This document shows positions 28,081-34,847 of a stretch of 62,367 bases of DNA, piece by piece (position 1 is the first letter of the stretch; the number at the start of each line of letters is the position of its first letter). This stretch comes from Leptospiraceae bacterium (lineage in GTDB: Bacteria > Spirochaetota > Leptospiria > Leptospirales > Leptospiraceae), in assembly GCA_035345895.1 (NCBI GenBank), contig DAORDI010000001.1:1726-64092 (forward strand), in the 5' to 3' direction. The position numbers and the translations under genes are program-made. The notes beneath the pieces were generated by a model, which searched no databases, had not been told where the DNA came from, and worked only from the letters and a program-made list of their open reading frames with translations.

Positions 28081-28782
28081 ATGTTTCCAGACTTGCACCT
28101 TCAGCAGAATGCATTATATTTTTTTATATCCTTAAAAAAATACTGGAGAAAAACCAATGAAATCAGGATCTGTTCAAACAGCAAACAGCAAACAGCAAAC
28201 AGCAAACAGCAAACAGCAACTAAGCTAATAAGCATTACTGCCCTTCTGGCATTCGGCCTCATCGGATGCACGACTAAGAAAAAAGACAATTCGAAAGCAC
28301 TGATAGGACTTCTTGCACTGAATTCGATGAAGGCTGCGGCTACCTGCACGACAGCAAACTACATCTCGTCTCCGATCACATCAAGTACATTTACTGATCT
28401 CAAATTCAGCTACATCTCTGCATATACTGCATGGCTTGGCTATTTCAGCATAACCGGGGCAACCAGCACTAGCTGGTGGCTTGTAGAAGGCCCGGCAACA
28501 GCTTCCATTTCCTCAGCATCCTTTACTACATATTTGACAGACCAGGGCTGTTCCGGTGAAACAAGTGCCAATTCCAATGCTGCCCCAGCAATGTATGGAG
28601 TTCAAAAAGATCAGGTTAACAATGTTCCTGCAACTTTCCCTATTGCAACTTCATCAATCTCAGCGAATCAGAAATATTATTCGCCTACAACCGGTGCCAC
28701 TATCCTTTTCAGAATGTTTATATCTGATTCAACTGCCTCGTCTTCAGTATCGACTGGATGGAAAGTCAAGAAGGCGTATTGA
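28081..28782 (+). CDS. Lipoprotein with heptanucleotide repeat tract in its 5' end (likely phase-variable; better-supported start ATG 28157 is currently out of frame)
   Basis: The ORF as sequenced starts at 28081 with no SD. Lipobox LLAFGLIGC at about aa 55-63. An SD (ggaga) plus ATG at 28157 is in the +1 frame and stops at 28217-28219 just after the repeat tract. Confidence 0.6.
   Translation: MFPDLHLQQNALYFFISLKKYWRKTNEIRICSNSKQQTANSKQQTATKLISITALLAFGLIGCTTKKKDNSKALIGLLALNSMKAAATCTTANYISSPITSSTFTDLKFSYISAYTAWLGYFSITGATSTSWWLVEGPATASISSASFTTYLTDQGCSGETSANSNAAPAMYGVQKDQVNNVPATFPIATSSISANQKYYSPTTGATILFRMFISDSTASSSVSTGWKVKKAY
28175..28212 (+). repeat. Heptanucleotide microsatellite (CAAACAG)x5 plus partial unit
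   Basis: caaacag repeated five times from 28175 to 28209, then caac. The unit length is not a multiple of 3. Confidence 0.9.
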
Positions 28783-28908
28783 AATTCGAGCCGCTGTAAA
28801 GAAGAAGTAAATAATCTAAAAAGCGGAAAGCAGCATCAGTGAAAGGTCAATTCTAGCGGACACTATATGTCGCAGAAAAGGCTAGGTAAAGCGGTGATAG
28901 TAGCTACC

Positions 28909-28936
28909 AAGTTTGCAGCAGCTTCCACTCTTGCGA
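28909..28936 (+). repeat. Fragment of MITE-like family A
   Basis: aagtttgcagcagcttcc (28909-28926) is an exact reverse-complement match to 41021-41038 inside copy A2. The following actcttgcga resembles the gcgcttgcggga module. Confidence 0.6.
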
Positions 28937-29305
28937 CCCCCTTTGGGCTTATGCTGTCAACTTAAGAAGAAATTTAAAGGATTATCACGGATGAGCACAG
29001 ATCAACACGGATATTTTGATTCATTATCTGTGTTAATCCGTGTGTATGTGGTGAATCATCCTTATCTTGACAGCATTGCCCTTTGGGCCTTTTCGACAGC
29101 CCTAAGGACGGAGCTCAGTAGTCGCTAACGCTACTTCGTTGCTTTTTTCCAAGCCGAGGACACTTGCTGCATATGCGGTGAGTGCTCTCTCGCTTGGTTT
29201 TCAAAATTCTGATAGGAAGAACCTCTGCGGTCAGGTATTTTCTGAGGAACATCATTACAAAGAATTAGGGACTGTCGCAATTGGTTAAGAACTTCCGGGA
29301 CAACA

Positions 29306-29952
29306 CTTTGTAGGGCTCCTGCGATTTTCAGGGGACCAAGCTTTGTGGGAACTCCTACGATTCTCAGAGAGCCGAGCGTTGTGGGAACTCCTGCGATTCT
29401 CAGAGTGCCAAGCTTTGTTGGAACTCCTGCGAATCTTAGAGAGACGGGCTTTGTGGGGCTCCTACGATTCTCAGAGAGACGGGCTTTGTAGGACTCCTGC
29501 GATTCTCGGATAGCCGGCCTTTGTGGGAACTCCTACGATTTTCAGGGAACCAAGCTTTGTGGGAACTCCTACGATTCTCAGAGAGCCGAGCGTTGTGGGA
29601 ACTCCTGCGATTCTCAGAGTGCCAAGCTTTGTTGGAACTCCTGCGAATCTTAGAGAGACGGGCTTTGTGGGGCTCCTACGATTCTCAGAGAGACGGGCTT
29701 TGTAGGACTCCTGCGATTCTCGGATAGCCGGCCTTTGTGGGAACTCCTACGATTTTCAGGGAACCAAGCTTTGTGGGAACTCCTACGATTCTCAGCGGAC
29801 CAAGCTTTGTGGGAACTCCTGCGATTCTCAGAGAGACGGGTTTTGTAGGAACTCCTACAACTCTCGGAGGGCCAAGCTTTGTAGGAACTCCTGCGATTTG
29901 GGAAAGACCTCCTGGCACAGCGTTTTGTTGGAACTCCTATGTAGTTCCAACG
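29306..29952. repeat. Tandem array of about 18 units of 35-36 bp organised as 214-bp (6-unit) higher-order repeats
   Basis: Unit consensus ctttgtgggaactcctacgattctcagagagNNNNNN. 29343-29556 and 29557-29770 appear identical by eye. The third block is degenerate. The array ends in the perfect hairpin gttggaact-cctatgt-agttccaac (29927-29951). CCGGGACAA occurs on both flanks (29295-29303 and 29960-29968). Confidence 0.9.
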
Positions 29953-30392
29953 CAAATTCCCGGGACAATCTTTTAGTCTTATTGAGGAATTCTTATGGAA
30001 ACGATGCCTCCGGCAGGACCGACGTCTGTGTTATGACAACTTTCACTCCGTCATATATTTTTTTATTTCTGAGTTCAACTGTATCTGCATATATACTGAG
30101 AGAGGTTAAAGCCGATGCAAAGAAAACGACTGCAGGGAAAAATGCGAATTTCTTTGTCTGAAAAAAACCAGTCTATAAAATCATCCCGAAGCAGTAGATT
30201 TGCATTGTCATTCTCCCTGTCCCAAAAATATGATTAGGATGACTGCAGGGAAGTTCAACCAATAAATGAGACTCATCCACAGAATCATCTGGTGAGTTTC
30301 TGAAATAGAAAGTGATGACTAAGATCAGTGAACGATTTTTTTTTTGACCTTTCAGATACAATCTGGACACTGTCAGCTATGTTTAGTTCAAT

Positions 30393-30604
30393 CACTCACC
30401 TTACGCAAATACAATATTCCGTCTAGATGCAGTAATTTTCGGAAAACATTAGGGAAATCTAATGAATCAGTAAAAATAGCAGCTTCCGCGCTTGCGGGAG
30501 TTCAGCCAGCTTCTAAATGTTGGCAGCCAGCTTCTAAATGTTGGCAGCCAGCTTCTAAATGTTGGCGAGAGCGGTCAGCCGTAGGCGCAAGGTGAGTTAA
30601 TCAG
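30393..30604 (+). mobile_element. MITE-like element, family A, copy A1
   Basis: About 210 bp bounded by inverted termini cactcaccttacgca ... gcgcaaggtgagttaatcag. No ORF with coding character. The interior is homologous (inverted) to 40946..41215. Confidence 0.7.
30503..30565 (+). repeat. 21-bp tandem repeat x3 inside A1
   Basis: cagccagcttctaaatgttgg repeated exactly three times. Confidence 0.9.
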
Positions 30605-30650
30605 TTGAAAAAGAAGGCAGAATAAAAACCTTTTTAAGGAGTTCAGGGTT

Positions 30651-30938
30651 ATGGATTTCAGGCAGAAATTATTTTCTTTTACAGTTCTTATATTTACTGG
30701 CGGATGCGTTACTTGGGAGCTTGGGAAGGTGGGCTACATAGAGCCGTCAAAACTTGAAATAGAGCCTGCTGAAAAAAAACTGATTCTCTCTGAATGCTCC
30801 TTTCTGAGCGGAGGACCTTTTCTGGAAAGAGCTGTTGAGAAAGCGGAACCGGGCAGATTGAAAAATGCGGTCATCATAAAAGAATTGAGAGGGACAACAT
30901 CCTGTTACAGACTTTACGGTGAAAAGGAAAGTCAATAA
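30651..30938 (+). CDS. Small lipoprotein, hypothetical
   Basis: 95 aa. Signal peptide with lipobox LIFTGGC. Stop overlaps the next start (TAATG). Confidence 0.55.
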   Translation: MDFRQKLFSFTVLIFTGGCVTWELGKVGYIEPSKLEIEPAEKKLILSECSFLSGGPFLERAVEKAEPGRLKNAVIIKELRGTTSCYRLYGEKESQ

Positions 30939-31255
30939 TGAAAAATTTTATTATTATAATGATTTTATCATTGCATTTTTCCGAATGCCAGGTCCCTGCC
31001 GGATCATTCAGAATGATGAGCGCCTCTCTTCCGGCTGAATCAGAAACAATAGGAAGTTCCAGGGTCTACGGTGAACATTGCCGGTTTTACAACAGCATTA
31101 CCGGATATGCGTTTCCGCAAATGGATCTTGCCGTAAAAGATGCATTGAGCAAGGTTCCCGGAGCAAAAGGATTGAAAGATGCAAGTATCGCGGAAAAATA
31201 CAGCCCCGTTTTCTCTTATTATTGCTATGAAGTTGACGGTCTCCCGGTAAAGTAG
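30938..31255 (+). CDS. Small secreted protein, hypothetical
   Basis: 105 aa. N-terminal hydrophobic signal MKNFIIIMILSLHFSEC. Coupled to the previous ORF. Confidence 0.55.
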   Translation: MKNFIIIMILSLHFSECQVPAGSFRMMSASLPAESETIGSSRVYGEHCRFYNSITGYAFPQMDLAVKDALSKVPGAKGLKDASIAEKYSPVFSYYCYEVDGLPVK

Positions 31256-31354
31256 GTTCAGTCAGAAATTATCCCAGCAGTAGGTCTTTACACCCATTCC
31301 CAGAAAGTTAAATTTGCAGAGATCTGAGGCCGGCTTGTGGGGTCGAATTCTCAA

Positions 31355-31410
31355 AAGCGGCTGATTTTGCTGATCCATTACATTTCTCTAATGTTTCGCA
31401 AAGTAAATAT
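31355..31410 (-). repeat. Fragment of family A (inverted relative to A1)
   Basis: gctgattttgctgatccattacatttctctaatgtttcgcaaagt aligns with A2 segment gccgtttttgctgatccattagatttccctaatgttttctgaaaat. Confidence 0.6.
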
Positions 31411-31511
31411 TTCAATTTTCGTGTTTTTTTGCTCAAAATGGAATAGTGGTTTTCTGCGAATATTAAAATGAGAAACTGATTTCATTGACTTCAGTAAAAT
31501 CGGATAATAAA

Positions 31512-34058
31512 ATGACCGCTATGCCAGATTTTTATGAAAAGATTTCCTCTAAGTTTGCCCGTGTTTTTCTGACAGTCCTGTCCTTATTCTTTTCCTTCTC
31601 TGTCTTTTCTTTTCCTGTGGATCTGCAGAAGGAATGGAAAGCGAAAGAAGGCATACATAAGGATTCTGTCCCTGACGAAACATGGCAGTCTTTTGAAAAA
31701 ACGACAATTCGTTTTTCAAAAATAAAACCCAAAGAAGGCAATGTTCAGTCCTATACGTTTTATAAAGAGGTCATTTTCCCGGAAATGGATTATTCCTCTC
31801 TTCAGGACAGTGTATCCATTCTTATACCAAATATAATGAATATGTATGAGTTCTATTTCGACGGAAATCTTCTTTCTTCAAGAGGTAAGATTGAAAACGG
31901 AAAAATTGTCAGGTACGGGTACAGAAGAAACATAGTTGTTGTAATTCCTCAAAAGCTTCTCAGTGCAGGCAGACATAAGATTCATATCATAGCGAGTTCC
32001 GCAGCAAATGAAGACATTGAGCTGACAGGAAATGCCAGTATGACTGCAGACTTGCATTCCAGGCATATCGAGGCTGTTTCTGAAAGAATTCCTCTGATGA
32101 TTATATTTATGTATATTTTCGTCGGTTTCTATCATCTTCTCCTTTTTCTGAAACGGACCCAGGAAAAATACAATCTCTTCTTCGGACTCTTCTGTCTGGA
32201 CATTTTCTGCTATCTGTTCTTGAGGACGGAGGTCAGTTATTCACTGGATTTGGATCCTTTCCTTGTCACGAGAATTGAGTATATGTTCCTCTTCCTTTTG
32301 AGTCCTCTTGCCCTTGTGTTCTTTGACAATTTTTTTGAAAATAAAGTGACCCGGTTCAGCAAAGCATTTCTTGGACTCTGCGGTTTTATGGGGCTGACTG
32401 TTCTTTTTATGCCGAGATACATTGCTTCTAAAATTCTTCTAGGATGGCAGTTTCTTGCCCTTGCTAGTTTTATATATTTTATCATTACAATTATCCGCGC
32501 CATCAGAAACAGGCATCAGGATTCCAGAAGACTTCTTCTGGCATTCAGCATTTTCATTTTTGCGGCAATTTATGATGTAGTCGGTGCAACAAATTTAATC
32601 CCTGGAATAGTGAATAAGGAATTGATGAAATACGGATTCTTTACTTTCATCATAGGAATTGCATTTGTTCTGGCAAACAGGTTTTTAAGACTTCATAAGC
32701 AGGTCGAAGATCTGAATTCAAACCTCGAGCAGAAGGTTGAACAGAGAACAAAGGAACTGCAGAACTCGCTGGATGAAATCAGATTCCTGAAATTCCAGCA
32801 GGACGGAGACTATTTTCTGACCACTCTTCTCATAAATCCTCTGATGACAAATAATACTCGAAGTGACAATATAACCGTTGAATACTATGTGAAACAGAAG
32901 AAAAATTTCATGTTCAAGAACAGGATGTATGAAATTGGAGGAGACATCTGCATATCGGATATGATCACTCTCCGGGATAAAAAGTATGTCGCGTTCATCA
33001 ACGGGGATGCGATGGGCAAGTCCATTCAGGGAGCAGGAGGTGCTCTTGTACTTGGGGTGATTTTCAAATCCATCCTTGAAAGAACCAAAAGTTACGGAAA
33101 GCAGCTGAATGTGTATCCTGAACGATGGCTGAAAAACTGCTTTTCGGAACTTCACAATGTCTTCGTCTCCTTTGACGGAAGTATGCTTGTCTCCGTTGTT
33201 ATGGGTCTTGTGGATGAATCCACAGGAATGCTGTACTTCATCAATGCGGAACACCCTTTTACAATTCTGTACCGGGACGGAAAGGCTGAGTTTCTTGAAA
33301 CAAAACTGATGCACCATAAGATCGGGATGCAGGGACTGGAAGGAAGCGTGAGGATACAGACATTTCAGATGGAACCTCAGGACATCATCATCATCGGATC
33401 TGACGGAAGGGATGATATTGTCATCTCCAAGGACGGGCAGGGGAACAGGCAGATCAATGAGGATGAAAATCTTTTTCTCCGGAAGGTGGAACAGGGAGAA
33501 GCTGACCTCAAGCATATCACTGAACTTCTTCTGAAGGAAGGAGAACTGAGTGACGATTACACTCTACTGAAGATTCACTATACTGCAAAATATTTTTCCA
33601 ATATTACCCAGGAATACCAGAAACTGTTTCAGCAGGCAGAGCAGCTTTCATCAGATCAGAAGGAAAAAATCAAAGAGCTTTATAAAAAAGCATTAAAGTA
33701 TAATGAAAGTCTCGAAGTATTGAAAAAGCTGTCTGAAATTTACTATGAAGAAAAGAGCTGGTCCGAGTTTATTCATTTTGCCGAGCGTCTTGTGAAAATC
33801 AGACCGTCCGAGTCTCTTTATTATTACAGGCTTTCCTATGCATTTCTGCAGATCGAAGACTATCATCAGGCCGCCGACTACGGTGAGAGTCTGAAACTCA
33901 GAGAGCCGGAAAATGTGGAAAACCTGATGAACCTGATTGAAATTTACAGGAGACTGAACCGGATAGAAAGGATTCAGGAGCTGATTCATAAAGGACTGTA
34001 TTATCAGCCTGACAATACAAAGCTTCTGGAACAGAAGGCGCTTGTGGCAGGGTTTTGA
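31512..34058 (+). CDS. 7TM-DISM receptor - PP2C/SpoIIE phosphatase - TPR protein (paralog 2)
   Basis: ORF from TTG 31485; first ATG 31512. Signal/TM, periplasmic sensor domain, 7 TM helices, coiled coil. Motifs QQDGDYFLTTLL, GGDIC, NGDAMGKSIQGAGGA, IGSDGRDD. C-terminal TPR-like repeats. Confidence 0.85.
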   Translation: MTAMPDFYEKISSKFARVFLTVLSLFFSFSVFSFPVDLQKEWKAKEGIHKDSVPDETWQSFEKTTIRFSKIKPKEGNVQSYTFYKEVIFPEMDYSSLQDSVSILIPNIMNMYEFYFDGNLLSSRGKIENGKIVRYGYRRNIVVVIPQKLLSAGRHKIHIIASSAANEDIELTGNASMTADLHSRHIEAVSERIPLMIIFMYIFVGFYHLLLFLKRTQEKYNLFFGLFCLDIFCYLFLRTEVSYSLDLDPFLVTRIEYMFLFLLSPLALVFFDNFFENKVTRFSKAFLGLCGFMGLTVLFMPRYIASKILLGWQFLALASFIYFIITIIRAIRNRHQDSRRLLLAFSIFIFAAIYDVVGATNLIPGIVNKELMKYGFFTFIIGIAFVLANRFLRLHKQVEDLNSNLEQKVEQRTKELQNSLDEIRFLKFQQDGDYFLTTLLINPLMTNNTRSDNITVEYYVKQKKNFMFKNRMYEIGGDICISDMITLRDKKYVAFINGDAMGKSIQGAGGALVLGVIFKSILERTKSYGKQLNVYPERWLKNCFSELHNVFVSFDGSMLVSVVMGLVDESTGMLYFINAEHPFTILYRDGKAEFLETKLMHHKIGMQGLEGSVRIQTFQMEPQDIIIIGSDGRDDIVISKDGQGNRQINEDENLFLRKVEQGEADLKHITELLLKEGELSDDYTLLKIHYTAKYFSNITQEYQKLFQQAEQLSSDQKEKIKELYKKALKYNESLEVLKKLSEIYYEEKSWSEFIHFAERLVKIRPSESLYYYRLSYAFLQIEDYHQAADYGESLKLREPENVENLMNLIEIYRRLNRIERIQELIHKGLYYQPDNTKLLEQKALVAGF

Positions 34059-34266
34059 CTGAATCGGGTCGGGAGGTGCTTGTGCACTGCCCCGTCTCAA
34101 AGGCATTCTCCTGGAAACCTGTTTCAGTGAATGCCGAAGCTCAGGAAAATTGCATCCTTGAACTGAAAACTCGCAATATGTCATATAATTTTAAAAGTCA
34201 TATTAATGATTTTTTGTTGACTTTTTCCCTGTCCTGTCTGACTATTGAGTCAGGAGGAATCATTCA

Positions 34267-34845
34267 ATGAACGGTGAATTGAACTATGATGAGGTCTGGG
34301 CAATGTTTCAGGAGACAGACAGACGTTTTAAGGAGACAGCTGAGCAGTTTAAGGAAACGGATAGACAGTTTAAAGAGACGGACAAGCAGTTTAAGGCAAC
34401 AGACAGAAAACTGCTGAAACTCGAAAGGATGTTTACTGGACAGTGGGGGAAACTGATTGAGTCGCTGGTGGAAGGTGATCTTGTAAACCTGCTGAATGCA
34501 CGAGGAATCCCTGTAAATCAGACCGGTCAAAGAATTAAAAAACGCTATAATAAAAAAGATTATGAAATAGATCTCATTGCCAGAAACGGAAAAGAAGTGG
34601 TATTTGTGGAAGTCAAAACGACTTTAAAACCGGATGATGTTCTGAACTTCACAGAGAAACTGAAAATGGCAAAAACAGTTTTCCCGGAGTACTCAGAAAA
34701 TATTCTGTACGGAACAGTCGCCTATCTGAGATCGGAATCCAATGCAGAACAGTTTGCGATGAAAAACGGTCTGCTTGTCATCAAAGCGACTGGAAAAAGT
34801 GCAAGCATCATCAATGATAAGGAATTTCAGCCTGCACAGTTTTGA
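34267..34845 (+). CDS. PD-(D/E)XK nuclease-fold protein with N-terminal heptad-repeat coiled coil (DUF3782-like)
   Basis: 192 aa. N-terminal FKETxxQ repeats. C-terminal YEIDLIARNGKEVVFVEVKT matches a D...E.K motif. Confidence 0.6.
   Translation: MNGELNYDEVWAMFQETDRRFKETAEQFKETDRQFKETDKQFKATDRKLLKLERMFTGQWGKLIESLVEGDLVNLLNARGIPVNQTGQRIKKRYNKKDYEIDLIARNGKEVVFVEVKTTLKPDDVLNFTEKLKMAKTVFPEYSENILYGTVAYLRSESNAEQFAMKNGLLVIKATGKSASIINDKEFQPAQF
34312..34395 (+). repeat. In-frame 21-bp coding repeat x4
   Basis: gagacagacagacgttttaag / gagacagctgagcagtttaag / gaaacggatagacagtttaaa / gagacggacaagcagtttaag, encoding (E)TDRxFK heptads. Confidence 0.8.
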
Positions 34846-34847
34846 GA

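Noticed and set aside
28913-29128. 71-aa ORF and possible structured RNA (tmRNA/RNase P) in 28800-29280
   Set aside because: The ORF has no start context and spans palindromic repeat DNA. I could not find tmRNA (tRNA-like ends, tag ORF) or RNase P (AGGAAAGUCCGGGC) signatures. An unclassified small RNA remains possible, but I cannot support it from sequence alone.
29916-29932. Sigma-54 promoter (TGGCAC-N5-TTTGT)
   Set aside because: The -12 element is TTTG rather than TTGC. It lies inside the degenerate last repeat unit and no gene follows.
29306-29952. CRISPR array (regular 36-bp repeats)
   Set aside because: The units abut each other with no unique spacers. The variable roughly 12 nt recur identically in the 214-bp higher-order copies. 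No cas genes are in the window. This is a tandem satellite, not a CRISPR.
29306-30161. Type III toxin-antitoxin (ToxI-like 36-nt repeat RNA) and protein-coding ORFs across the array (29521..29727, 29523..29705, 29650..29955, 29685..29918, 29737..29976, 29898..30161)
   Set aside because: No ToxN/CptN/AbiE-like ORF of 150 aa or more lies adjacent on either strand. Copy number (about 18) far exceeds known type III antitoxins. The ORFs are open on both strands and in several frames simply because the repeat lacks stops, and they have no RBS or start context. The idea is kept only as an alternative in the finding.
30344-30595. 83-aa ORF (…QPASKCWQPASKCWQPASKCW…)
   Set aside because: It lies entirely within MITE A1, and its repeat peptide is just the translation of the 21-bp tandem repeat. 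No start context.
32718-33515. Long antisense ORFs inside large genes (e.g. 32718..33515 265 aa, 19967..20491 174 aa, 37481..38146 221 aa, 2592..3041 149 aa, 26039..26512 157 aa)
   Set aside because: Each lies fully within a gene whose product has clear family motifs on the other strand or frame. Their translations are low-complexity or Cys/His-rich, as expected for antisense frames of AT-moderate coding DNA.
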